Positions 24,019 to 34,887 of a stretch of 64,000 bases of DNA are shown piece after piece. The notes beneath the pieces were generated by a model. That model ran no database searches. It was not told the DNA's origin and saw only the letters and a program-made list of their open reading frames with translations. The translations under genes and the position numbers were made by a program. Within the stretch, counting starts at the first letter, position 1, and each line of letters opens with the position of its first letter. The DNA is from Methanobacteriota archaeon (GTDB lineage Archaea; Methanobacteriota; Methanobacteria; Methanobacteriales; Methanobacteriaceae): the NCBI GenBank assembly GCA_963787255.1, contig CAWBCJ010000001.1:1-64000 (forward strand), read 5' to 3'.

Positions 24019-24374
24019 TCTTCAGGTAACATTCCTTTAACTTGATTTTGTGCTTTAATTGCACTTTTTGTGTTAATTTTAATCTCTGCAGCATGACCCC
24101 ATTCATCGTATCTAATTGAATCTTGCACAGATTCTTCAGTAGGCAGTTTATAAAATTTTTTACTGCTTAAATTACAAAACAAAAAATTAATGAAACTATT
24201 TTTTAAAAATAAACGAATCCAATTATTCTTAAAATGATTCACTCGAAACTCTCGAAATCTTCGATTTCGAAGCGCGAAACATAGTTTCGCTGGCTTCGTT
24301 TCGATGCATCGAAAATCAAAGATTTTCGCATAATTAGGGAAGGGAAGAATTAATCCTCCCTTAAATTGATTCAT
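24003..24374 (-). CDS. Hypothetical protein containing a palindromic repeat insertion
   Basis: 123-aa ORF starting right after motif copy 4; GGAGG RBS suggests a later start is possible. Confidence 0.35.
   Translation of the reverse strand: MNQFKGGLILPFPNYAKIFDFRCIETKPAKLCFALRNRRFREFRVNHFKNNWIRLFLKNSFINFLFCNLSSKKFYKLPTEESVQDSIRYDEWGHAAEIKINTKSAIKAQNQVKGMLPEEWFYF
24241..24330. repeat. Stacked short-hairpin palindromic element (REP/MITE-like)
   Basis: TCGAAATC-ttc-GATTTCGA, GCGAAAC-ata-GTTTCGC, TTTCGATGCATCGAAA and CGAAAATC-aaa-GATTTTCG. Confidence 0.8.
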
Positions 24375-24376
24375 GA

Positions 24377-24389
24377 GTGGTTGCCGCCC
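24377..24389 (-). promoter_or_regulatory. GGGCGGCAACCAC motif, copy 4
   Basis: Exact 13-mer; flank also resembles the 12318 copy. Confidence 0.6.
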
Positions 24390-24474
24390 CCATTATATAT
24401 TTTCCCAAAACTTCTAATTTTATGTCTCGAACTAAGCTAAATTCTTTTTTTTTAGTTTGTGACCATGAACTATA

Positions 24475-24633
24475 TTATTTTATAATTTTGTGTTTTTCAT
24501 TTTCACACCATGCACTAATCGCTTCTACCGCACCCTTTGAGAGTTTACCTTGTTTATCTCCATATTTTTCCCGGGTTAAAAGTCTGAATGTTTCTTCCAG
24601 GTCATCAGGTAAGTTAAATGTTATTGCTGCCAT
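24475..24633 (-). CDS. Ribbon-helix-helix (CopG-like) regulator, 52 aa, absent from ORF track
   Basis: MAAITFNLPDDLEETFRLLTREKYGDKQGKLSKGAVEAISAWCENEKHKIIK; GGAG RBS. Confidence 0.75.
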   Translation of the reverse strand: MAAITFNLPDDLEETFRLLTREKYGDKQGKLSKGAVEAISAWCENEKHKIIK

Positions 24634-24820
24634 GCATAATTTCTCCACTAAATAGTCTATGTTCTTATTATATACTCATATTCATAGAGAGCATGTGAAA
24701 AGTAATAATTTTATGAATTCATAAATCATAAAAAAGTCAATTATGATTAAAATTACATTTCAAAAGTGGAGACTTGTCATTTATATTAAAGATATGAAAA
24801 TTAAAAGATTATATAAAGAG

Positions 24821-25474
24821 TTAAAGTTTATTTAAGGCAATTTTAGCAGCATTTTGCTCTGCTTCTTTTTTACTTCCACCACTACCAATCCCACAACTTT
24901 CACCATTAATCATCACCGCCATGGTGAAGGTCTTATTATGCGGCATTCCCTCTTCTTTAACTAACTCATAATTTACATCAAGACAGTCCTGATCACATAA
25001 TTGTTTTAATTCAGACTTATAATCATAAAAAAAGACATCCTCATTTTCTATATGGGGTATAACAGTTTTAAAAATAAATTCCTTGACAATATGCAAGCCT
25101 TGATCCAGATATAATGCCCCAATAAAAGATTCAAACACATCACTAATAATTGAATCAATTTCCCTTCGGGTTAATTCTAAACCTGCACCTAATTTTATAT
25201 ATTGATCTAATCCTAATTCCATTGAATAAACATAAAGTGCCTTTTTACACACATAATTAGAACGCATACGGGTTAACTGCCCTTCAGTTAACCCTGAATC
25301 TAGGTTATATAAAAATTCAGATACCACCAGATCCAGGACTGCATCGCCTAAAAATTCTAATCTCTCATAACATTTATTGAGGTCATTTTCATTGGAATAA
25401 GACTCATGAATAAAAGCCAGCTCATAAAGATGCGCATTAACTGGTTCAATTGAAAATTTTTTAAGTAATTGCAT
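24821..25474 (-). CDS. rnc: Ribonuclease III
   Basis: [11 protein letters not shown] signature, [16 protein letters not shown]-terminal dsRBD ([11 protein letters not shown]). Confidence 0.95.
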   Translation of the reverse strand: MQLLKKFSIEPVNAHLYELAFIHESYSNENDLNKCYERLEFLGDAVLDLVVSEFLYNLDSGLTEGQLTRMRSNYVCKKALYVYSMELGLDQYIKLGAGLELTRREIDSIISDVFESFIGALYLDQGLHIVKEFIFKTVIPHIENEDVFFYDYKSELKQLCDQDCLDVNYELVKEEGMPHNKTFTMAVMINGESCGIGSGGSKKEAEQNAAKIALNKL

Positions 25475-25604
25475 AATACTTCTATTTTATTATCCTGCAT
25501 ATTTATAGAATTTTAAATATTATACTGAAAAAGTATTGAACTAAACTTTACTTCTATTAAACCGCAATATAAGGCATCAAACAAAAAAAAAAACACTTCC
25601 ACAA

Positions 25605-25714
25605 ATTTAAGAGGCGTATTGACCGTTATGGTGGTCGTATTTGGGTGTAATCAGAATATGGAAAGGGTTCTACCTTTTTATTTCACTATAACTGTTAATG
25701 AATTAAAAAAATAA
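25605..25714 (+). pseudogene. Remnant of a histidine kinase C-terminus
   Basis: Reads DRYGGRIWV*SEYGKGSTF..FTI with no upstream gene. Confidence 0.65.
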
Positions 25715-25866
25715 AGAACTCATTAGTGTCGATGGAAAAAAAATATTACTCATTAACATCTAAAGATGAAAAAGAACTAAAAAGAAGCATACGAATATTT
25801 CTGCAACATTTTTCTATGATAGTTGAAGAAATGCTAAAATTCTGCAAATAATGTTAAAAAAATAAT

Positions 25867-26238
25867 TTAAAACCCAGTTATCAAACTTTTTTTAATATAT
25901 TCTATTAAAGGCATTGCATTACCATCTAAATTCAGTTTATAATACTTATCCTTAGAACGATTGTAAGACTCTACTATCTCCTGTTTTTTAAGTATACCCA
26001 GATTATATGAAATCAGATTTTGTTTTTCTTTTAATACCATTACTAATTCACAAACGCAGTAATCTCTTCTAAAAAGTAACATTATTATTTGCAACCTTAT
26101 AGGATTGCTTAGAATTTTAAGTAATTCTGCTATTTCGTTAATATTAGCATTTTTTAAAGAATCTAAGTCCTTTTGAAGTTCTGTTTCCCAAATTATTTTC
26201 ATATCCGGATCAATTGGGCAGCAACGATCGTTTTTCAT
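25867..26238 (-). CDS. ArsR/SmtB family regulator
   Basis: LKILSNPIRLQI, YCVCEL, ISYNLGILK; N-terminal CCP. Confidence 0.9.
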   Translation of the reverse strand: MKNDRCCPIDPDMKIIWETELQKDLDSLKNANINEIAELLKILSNPIRLQIIMLLFRRDYCVCELVMVLKEKQNLISYNLGILKKQEIVESYNRSKDKYYKLNLDGNAMPLIEYIKKSLITGF

Positions 26239-26465
26239 AAGAAAAGTTCTGTTGTTTTTATTATAAATATTTTGGATTTATAAATTCTGTTAATAAATAA
26301 TCATTTTTCATTTATTTTAAGACGGAATCGCGATATTATTCCATATAACCAATTATATTTGAATTCGAATTTTTTTGAAATGAGACTTTTCTATTTAAGT
26401 CATTCCCCAACACACTTTCTATTATACAATGAAATATTGTAATAAAAAAGGAGGAATGAAAAAAA

Positions 26466-26783
26466 ATGGAAAATAACCAAAAAAATGCTTTGGCATACCT
26501 TTCAGGAGGTTTAGGTCTTGTAATCTTGTTAGGAGGTGTATTTAACCTATATCCTGTCTTATACGGTTTGTTAGGTGCGTTAATTTTAGGCGTTACATCT
26601 GGCGCAATAAAAAAATCTTGGACATCAATTTTAGGCACCATAGGACTTATAATCCTACTTTCAGGAATATTAGGCATTTACACATTTGTGTATGGACTAT
26701 TAGGCGCGATTTTGATATGGGTGATAGCAGGATCCCTCAAAAAGTATCGTGGAGAAAATAACTTGGGAAACACACCCAACTAA
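26466..26783 (+). CDS. Small four-TM membrane protein with internal repeat
   Basis: GLIILL/YGLLGA repeated twice; GGAGG RBS. Confidence 0.7.
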   Translation: MENNQKNALAYLSGGLGLVILLGGVFNLYPVLYGLLGALILGVTSGAIKKSWTSILGTIGLIILLSGILGIYTFVYGLLGAILIWVIAGSLKKYRGENNLGNTPN

Positions 26784-26878
26784 TTTATTTATTTTTAGTA
26801 AAATGGAAAATCAGACAGGTTCTAAAAATGAAAAAAACTACTACTTGATTTATCTAAAAAAAAGGAGTATGTAAGAAT

Positions 26879-27370
26879 ATGCAAAAAATGGCTATAGCCC
26901 TGATTTTGATTATTCTCGGTTTAATAGTGATAGCTTTCCCCCTTTTAGGATTAATCCCGATTGCCGTCCTTTCTGGATTCTTAGTCCTTATGTTAGGTAT
27001 TGGTCTTATATTAACTGGAATATTTAAAATGGGCGAAAATGATGCGCCTGTGGGGATCCTCATGCTTATATTGGGAATTATTGCCCTGATTTTAGGAATT
27101 GTATTCATAGTTAACCCCGCACTATTCACTTGGATAGTTGGTTTTTTAGTCTGGATAATGGGTCTATTCCTAATAATCGAAGGTATTGCCAGAATTCTTT
27201 CAAGGACTAGGGACATATGTGGAGTTAAAAACATCATCCTAGGTATACTAATCCTATTCGTAGGACTATTCTTAGCTACCTATACATGGCTTTTAGTAGT
27301 TTTAATCGGCCTATGGCTGTTATCTACTGGCATAAGAATGATTTATCTTAGAATGAAAAACAGAATTTAA
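26879..27370 (+). CDS. HdeD/DUF308 family membrane protein
   Basis: Six Gly-rich TM helices, LIILGLIVIAFP repeat pattern. Confidence 0.75.
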   Translation: MQKMAIALILIILGLIVIAFPLLGLIPIAVLSGFLVLMLGIGLILTGIFKMGENDAPVGILMLILGIIALILGIVFIVNPALFTWIVGFLVWIMGLFLIIEGIARILSRTRDICGVKNIILGILILFVGLFLATYTWLLVVLIGLWLLSTGIRMIYLRMKNRI

Positions 27371-27419
27371 TCTCCTACAACAGGGAAATAATAAAAGAAC
27401 CATCTTAATAATCGTGAAG

Positions 27420-27555
27420 TATATGCTTCGAATTTTTAGTCCACTGGCAATTTCTATTAACATTCGTATTTTTAAGAAAATCTGATTCCTTTTTGAAGAT
27501 CACTTTCCCAAGCCATTTTTCAGGTTCAATATGTCAACAACGATTCTTTTTCAAA
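27420..27555 (-). pseudogene. Decayed copy of the arsR 5' half
   Basis: Aligns by eye to 26100-26238; followed by a copy of the 26250-26475 intergenic region. Confidence 0.6.
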
Positions 27556-27775
27556 AAAAAGCTTTGTCCTTTTTTTATAAATATTTTGGGTTTAAAAATC
27601 AGCTCAATCTAATTTTTATTATTTAATTTCAGGGACAAATTAGCCATTATTCGGATTCATACAAGTGATTATAACTGAATTCGAATTTTTTTGAAATAGA
27701 CCTTTCCTTTATAAGTCATTCAAAATCGCACTTAATATACAAGAGAGTACTTAACAAAAGGAGGAATGAAAAAAA

Positions 27776-28574
27776 ATGGAAAATGATATCAATTCAAATG
27801 ATACTGGTTCGGTGGCCAAGTGCGTCATTTTTGATTTTTTCGCTAATCATCTTGGTTCGACCGTTATACATCCTGGAGGACTTAAAGCAACCAGAAAGTT
27901 AGAAGATTCTTTAGAAATTGGCAGCAGTACCAAAGTTTTAGATATCGCATGCGGAAAAGGTTCAACTGCCTTTTATCTGGCAGAAAAATATGGTTGCCAA
28001 GTTGTAGGTATAGACGTATCAGAAGAATTAATTCAAGAAGCAAATGAATTATGTAAAAAGAAAGGGTTGAATAATCAGGTTAAATTTCAAGTAGGCAATG
28101 CAATGGACTTACCTTTTGATGATAACCAATTTGACGTGGCAATTTCACAGGGAATCCTGGTGTTTTTGTAGACGATAAACAAAAACCATAAATGAAGCCT
28201 CCAGAGTAATTAAAAATGGGGGAAAAGCCGGTTGGGTTGAGCTTAGCTGGAAAAAAGAGCCGAATAAAGATTTTTTAGATAAGGTTTTTAATGTACTTCG
28301 TGCATATTGCCTAACAAATGCCAGTACTTATGAAGGATGGAAAAAGGTTTTTGAAAGGGCTAATATTCATAATTTAGTTGTAATAAAAGGCGAAACCATA
28401 ACCAGCAATTTCTTTGATTCTCTAAAAGATGAAGGAATTGTAAACACAATAAAAATAATGTTTAACTCTATGAAAAACAGCGAAATAAGGAATAGGCTTA
28501 AAATAATGGGTAAATTTGTTAAAGATAACCATGATTATTTTGGTTATGGAGTATATGTGCTTGAAAAACCATAA
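27776..28574 (+). CDS. Class I SAM-dependent methyltransferase, frameshifted
   Basis: HPGGLKAT, VLDIACGKG, LPFDDNQFDVAI; continues in another frame to YGVYVLEKP. Confidence 0.85.
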
Positions 28575-28602
28575 TTTATTATTATCTAATTGAGGTGATT
28601 CT

Positions 28603-29193
28603 ATGGTAAAAGCAAAAATTTTATTCGTAAGCGTCCGCAATGCTTCCAGGACACAGATGGCAGAAGGTTTCTGTAAAGCTTTCTATGGGGATGAAATCGA
28701 TGTTTACAGTGCTGGAAGCAATCCACAAGAAATTGACCCTACAACAATACATGTCATGGATGAGGTAGGAATAGACATTTCCAAACAAACATCAAAGACT
28801 TTGCTGGACTTGAAAGACCTTGAAATTGATTATGTTATCATGATATGTGGAAATGAATATAATGTCTGCCCAATTTTTGTTGGAGGCATGAAATACTTCA
28901 AAAAACCACTCAAGGATATATACCCATTCAAAGGAACAGAAGCAGGAAAAATTGAGCTTTTAAGAGAAATAAGGGACGAAATAGGTGATTGGGTACAGGA
29001 CTTTCACTATTATATGAATGGTGAAGCTAAAATATTAACAGTTTCAGATTGCTGTGAGTTATTAGGCGCTGATGATGGCTGCTGTGATTTAGAAGGTGTT
29101 GGTGGCGGTAGCTGTTGTGATATAGGTGAAACTGATAGTGAATGCTGTAGTTTTGATTCATCTGATTCTACTCGAAATAAAGACTCTTCTTAA
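28603..29193 (+). CDS. ArsC/LMW-PTP family protein with P-loop Cys replaced by Ser and a Cys-Cys-rich tail
   Basis: FVSVRNASRTQMAEG, SAGS, ICGNEYNVCP; tail DCC/GCC/SCC/ECC. Confidence 0.85.
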   Translation: MVKAKILFVSVRNASRTQMAEGFCKAFYGDEIDVYSAGSNPQEIDPTTIHVMDEVGIDISKQTSKTLLDLKDLEIDYVIMICGNEYNVCPIFVGGMKYFKKPLKDIYPFKGTEAGKIELLREIRDEIGDWVQDFHYYMNGEAKILTVSDCCELLGADDGCCDLEGVGGGSCCDIGETDSECCSFDSSDSTRNKDSS

Positions 29194-29246
29194 TTTAAAA
29201 TATTAGGTTTTTTATCGTTAAGCATATAAGCAACTTCTACTATTAT

Positions 29247-29278
29247 ATCTATATATCAATATATGTCGATATATAGAT
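29247..29278. promoter_or_regulatory. Putative ArsR operator
   Basis: Perfect 11-bp inverted repeat ATCTATATATC-N10-GATATATAGAT about 65 bp upstream of arsR. Confidence 0.6.
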
Positions 29279-29341
29279 TTAACAAAATTAAAAATATAAT
29301 CTACAAATTAATAGTAGGAAATTTATGGTAGAGGAAGTTTT

Positions 29342-29698
29342 ATGAAAACTTGTGAAATTTCAGGCGAAGGTAGGCCTAATGAAAATCAAATAAAAAGAAT
29401 GAAAAAACTTATGGAATCATTACCTAATGATAATCAATTTGAGGGATATGCAGGTGAACTTAAAGCTTTATCTGATGCTACTCGACTTAAAATCTTATAT
29501 TTATTATCAGATGGAGAATTATGTGTCTGTGAGATAATATGCGCGTTAGATAAGCCACAATCAAGTATATCTCATCATTTAAATATTTTAAAAAATTTGG
29601 GTTATATTAAAGGACGTAAAGATGGTGTGTGGATTCATTACAGCCTTACAGACCCAAAAATTGCAGAATTGGTTAAAGAATTAATAGAAGTACTCTAA
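29342..29698 (+). CDS. arsR: ArsR arsenic-responsive repressor
   Basis: [31 protein letters not shown]. Confidence 0.9.
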   Translation: MKTCEISGEGRPNENQIKRMKKLMESLPNDNQFEGYAGELKALSDATRLKILYLLSDGELCVCEIICALDKPQSSISHHLNILKNLGYIKGRKDGVWIHYSLTDPKIAELVKELIEVL

Positions 29699-29712
29699 TT
29701 ATGGTGATTTTA

Positions 29713-30213
29713 ATGGCAAAAGAAAGAGTTTTATTTATGTGTATCCATAATGCAGCCAGATCTCAAATGGCAGAAGGCCTATTCAGGCATTTATATAATG
29801 ATAATTTTGATGTTTACAGTGCTGGAAGCGATCCTCAGGCAGTCGACCCTTTAGCAATAAAATGTATGGAAGAAATTGGAATTGATATCTCTAATCATAG
29901 ATCTAAAAGTTTAAAGGAATTTGAGGGCCAGGTATTTGATTATGTTATAACTGTTTGTGGAAATCCATATAGTGCATGTCCTTTCTTTGCCGGGGGTAAA
30001 AAATACTTCAAACAACCTTTCGAAGATCCCTCAGCGTTTGACGGGACAGAAGAAGAAAAATTGGAATTATTTAAAAAAATAAGGGATGAATTAAAAGATT
30101 GGATAGAAGATTTATACTATTCATATATGATACCCAAAGACGGATGCTGCAATTTAGAAGATATTGAAAGATGCGGTTGCGGGCCAATTGATAAAGAATT
30201 CTCATGTAAATAA
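29713..30213 (+). CDS. arsC: Thioredoxin-type arsenate reductase
   Basis: CIHNAARSQMAEG, TVCGNPYSACP, FEDP. Confidence 0.9.
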   Translation: MAKERVLFMCIHNAARSQMAEGLFRHLYNDNFDVYSAGSDPQAVDPLAIKCMEEIGIDISNHRSKSLKEFEGQVFDYVITVCGNPYSACPFFAGGKKYFKQPFEDPSAFDGTEEEKLELFKKIRDELKDWIEDLYYSYMIPKDGCCNLEDIERCGCGPIDKEFSCK

Positions 30214-30227
30214 TTGGAGTTGAAAAT

Positions 30228-30883
30228 ATGTTAAACGTTGCAATAGCTACAGACGGACCATACGGTGAAAGAGCATTTGAAAATATTAAAAAAGAATTCA
30301 ATACAGAATTTGTTGAACTGGAACAACCTACATCAATGTTCATGGATGAAATAGACATCCCTGAAGATGCATTAACAAAAATAAAACAAGCAAATATCTT
30401 AATAACCTATACACAACACCCTGATCTTACATTAGACCTTGTGGACATGGTTAACAAGGATGTAGATTACATAATTGTCGCTGCATGGAGAGGAGAAGGA
30501 TTTAAAAACCAATTAGAAAGATACGAAAACGTAACTTGCCCATATATCATGTGCGAATTAGAAGAAAACGGCAATGAAGTATTCGATGAATTTACATCTA
30601 AAATTGGGAAGCCCAAAGTAGATATAAAACTTGAAGATGGTCAAATCGTTGATATTAATGTTATTAGGTCTTCTCCTTGCGGTTCAACATCATTTGTAGC
30701 AGATTACATATCAGATAAATATTCAAACAGTCTGATTTAGAAAATGTCCCTACTGAAGCAGGCCTTAAATTACAACATTATCCTTGCAGGGCTGCTAAAA
30801 TGAGACTATTTTCAGATGAAGAGTGTAAAAAAGAAATGGCATCAGGTTTTCATAGAGATGCATTCGAAGAAGCTCTCAAATAG
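30228..30883 (+). CDS. DUF166 family protein, frameshifted
   Basis: [29 protein letters not shown]; HYPCRA in a second frame. Confidence 0.75.
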
Positions 30884-30950
30884 TAGTAAAATGAAGTTTT
30901 TTGAGGATCGAAATCTACGATTTCAAATGCGTTAAAATAGAGGGAAAATT

Positions 30951-32055
30951 ATGGGTAAGAGCATACGGATCAAGTTACAAGTCAACTTTGCGGAGTTACA
31001 CGTCTTAGTTTTCTTGATAGATATTTAACTCTTTGGATTTTCCTTGCAATGGCTATTGGAGTTTCAATAGGTTATTTTATTCCGGAGTAGAATCATTTAT
31101 CGGCATGTTTTCAGTTGGAACAACAAGCATACCAATAGCCATTGGATTAATCTTAATGATGTATCCTCCACTTGCAAAGGTAAAATACGAAGAATTAGGA
31201 GATGTATTTAAAAACAAGAAAATTTTAGGGTTAGCTATTTTCCAAAACTGGGTTATAGCGACCTATTTTAATGTTTATATTAGCAGTAGTCTTCTTAAGT
31301 GGATTCCCAGAATTCCTTGACTGGTTTAATCCTAATCGGAATAGCTCCATGTATTGCAATGGTAATAGTTGGAATGAACTTGCCAAGGAAATACCGAATA
31401 TGCAGCAGGCCTTGTAGCATTTAACAGCGTATTTCAAGTACTATTTTACAGTGTTTATGCATATATCTTCATTACAGTGCTTCCACCTCTACTTGGATTA
31501 CAGGGAAGCGTTGTAAATTTCAGTATAACCCAAATAGCTCAGGTGTGTTTATTTATCTTGGAATTCCATTTTTAGCAGGAATTACAAGATTTGTCTTAAT
31601 AAAATATAAAGGCAAAAATGGTATGAAACTAAATTTATTCCTAAAATTAGCCCCATTACACTGATAGCGCTACTATTCACCATTGTGGTAATGTTCAGTT
31701 TAAAGGGGAACTTTATAATTCAAATACCCCTGGATGTAGTTCGTATTGCAATTCCACTGCTCATTTACTTCTTGATAATGTTTTTCATAACATTTTACTT
31801 AGGTTACAGATGGAGCGGATTACTCTAAAACAACTACAATATCTTTTACAGCCGCAAGTAACAATTTTGAGCTTGCAATAGCTGTTGCAGTGGCAGTTTT
31901 TGGAATAGGATCTGGAGTTGCATTTGCTACAGTAATCGGGCCTTTAATAGAAGTCCCTGTGCTTATTGGTTTAGTTAATGTGGCCCTATTATTCCAAAGG
32001 AAATATTTTAAGGATAGAACAATTTATAAAACTTATAAAATGGAGGAAGAATCAT

Positions 32056-32066
<11 letters not shown>
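30951..32066 (+). CDS. acr3: Acr3 arsenite efflux transporter, multiply frameshifted
   Basis: [55 protein letters not shown]. Confidence 0.9.
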
Positions 32067-32957
<891 letters not shown>

Positions 32958-32961
<4 letters not shown>

Positions 32962-33380
32962 ATGCTAAATTAAAAGAAAAGCAAAATAAAAAGTTTAAAG
33001 TTGAATTATGGAATAATTGGGCTAAACAAAACTCTAATCTATTTACTGACTTAGTTGATGGCGCTACTATAGCAATAGCTATGACAGAAAACAATGAAAA
33101 GTTAGTCTTTTTAGAAAAAGGAAATAATGATTTAAACATAAGTATAAAACCTCTAAAAGAATTAGAAAGTTCTAATGCAGATTTATTATTCGTTATCGAC
33201 GAAAAAGACATTGAAGAAATATTAAAAGATGATGATCCTTTAAAATTCGTAAATTTACTTTCTTCTAGGAGAATAGAAGTTTATGGACTTATGGATCATT
33301 TACAACTTATGGATAAAGGATACACGAAGTTTTTAAACAATTTAGGCATTAGTATAGGTGGAGGAAACTGCTGCGGTTAA
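32958..33380 (+). CDS. Hypothetical protein ending NCCG, possibly fused to the upstream gene
   Basis: 140-aa ORF overlapping the upstream stop (ATGA). Confidence 0.55.
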
Positions 33381-33415
33381 ATACCCCTTTTATAAAAATT
33401 TTGTAGGTAATTAAA

Positions 33416-33598
33416 TTGACTAAAGAAGAAAATAAACCAGTAATGGAAGGTAATCAGAATATTGGGCCCTTTTCAAATTGTGCTTGCATAAAACCTCAAA
33501 AGGAAGGCTTTATAGAAGCCATATGCGAAGTTTGTGATAAAGTATTTACAACAAATAAAGATGTTTATATCTGTCCAGAATGCCATGAAAAAAGCTAA
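33416..33598 (+). CDS. Small Zn-finger protein
   Basis: CEVCDKVFTTNKDVYICPEC. Confidence 0.65.
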   Translation: MTKEENKPVMEGNQNIGPFSNCACIKPQKEGFIEAICEVCDKVFTTNKDVYICPECHEKS

Positions 33599-34242
33599 AA
33601 ATATCTATCAGTAGGGAATTTATACGTTAAACTTTGAAAATAAAGTAAAATTTCGGTTGATGATAAACCAAAAGGTTGTGGATATGGATGCCAGTAACAC
33701 CAGAGCATGAAAAAGAATTTGAAAAAGCAGTAGAAGAGGATAAAAAGAAACGAAGCAAATGCAGTATTTTTAATATAATAAATACAAAAAGAAGCGGTGA
33801 AAGCGATAAATGAAGTTTGTGAGAGTATATTACAACAAATAAAGATGTTTATATTTGTCCAGATTGCCTTGGAAAACCAAGAAATAAATGTTTTTTTTTA
33901 TGTTAAAAGATATTAGATGGAACTAAAAAGTTAAATAAAGATGAATTGGTGTCAATCTTAATTATTTTTTTTATTGTTTTTAAAATATTTTTTTTTTATT
34001 ACAATTAATTCGAAAAAATGGGATTTAGTATTAAATTTTTAATACTTTTAATTATAAAAAACAAGTTCCAGTAATACCAAAGGAAACCTTTATATGATAT
34101 AAATTCAGACCCATATAGTGAGGTTAAAGGGTTATAGAGTATTTTTATAGGATTATTACGTTTTACCCTTAGAATTAGGGTTTTGTAATACTATATAATG
34201 AGTAATACTGACCCTTATACAAAATTAAGGAGGATTTAAAAG

Positions 34243-34887
34243 ATGCATATACCTGATGGTTTAATTCCATTTCCACAATACCTAATATATGGTATTATAT
34301 CTTTAATTGCAATATTCTTTGCTCTTAAATGGGCAAGAAGTAATCTTGATGAAAGAGCAATTCCATTATTAGCTGTTTTATCTGCCGGTATTTTCGCTAT
34401 ACAAGCCATGAATATTCCCATTCCCTTTGGAACAAGCGGACACATGGTGGGTGCGGCATTAGTAGCTATTGTATTGGGCAGTCCATGGGCAGCAGTCCTG
34501 GTCTTATCAATAGTATTAGTACTCCAAGGATTGTTATTCGGTGACGGCGGAATGACCGCCTTAGGCGTGAACATATTCAACATGGGAGTTGTAGGAGGAT
34601 TTGCAGGATTCTACACATACAAATCACTTAAAAATATTAATGGAAAGTTCGCAGTGTTTACTGCAGGATGGATGTCAATATTTATAGCTTCAATTGTCGC
34701 TGCATTTGAACTTGCAATATCCGGAGCTTTCCCACTGGATTTAGGCCTTTTATACATGGGAGGATTCCATGCAATGTATGGACTAATTGAAGGAGCAATA
34801 ACATTAGTAGTAGTTTTAGCAATACAAAATGTAAGACCCGACTTATTCTCTCTTGAACAAAAACCAAGTGAGGTGCCAGCAAAATGA
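34243..34887 (+). CDS. cbiM: Cobalt/nickel ECF transporter S component
   Basis: MHIPDG N-terminus, GTSGH, LLFGDGG. Confidence 0.93.
   Translation: MHIPDGLIPFPQYLIYGIISLIAIFFALKWARSNLDERAIPLLAVLSAGIFAIQAMNIPIPFGTSGHMVGAALVAIVLGSPWAAVLVLSIVLVLQGLLFGDGGMTALGVNIFNMGVVGGFAGFYTYKSLKNINGKFAVFTAGWMSIFIASIVAAFELAISGAFPLDLGLLYMGGFHAMYGLIEGAITLVVVLAIQNVRPDLFSLEQKPSEVPAK

Larger units (their letters stand above)
1..24650 (-). mobile_element. Integrated or domesticated head-tail virus (Caudoviricetes-like) region, open at the left window edge and interrupted by sensor-kinase cassettes
   Basis: Co-oriented ParB-methylase, TerS, TerL, portal, protease/scaffold and cement genes in canonical order. The 22.5-24.6 kb RHH arm is linked to the 12 kb gene by a shared 13-bp motif. 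Right boundary is inferred; no att site or integrase seen. Confidence 0.7.

Noticed and set aside
24686-24700. AGAGAGC(A/G)TGTGAAA shared with 52106-52120
   Set aside because: Only two copies, with no shared context or structure; could be chance.
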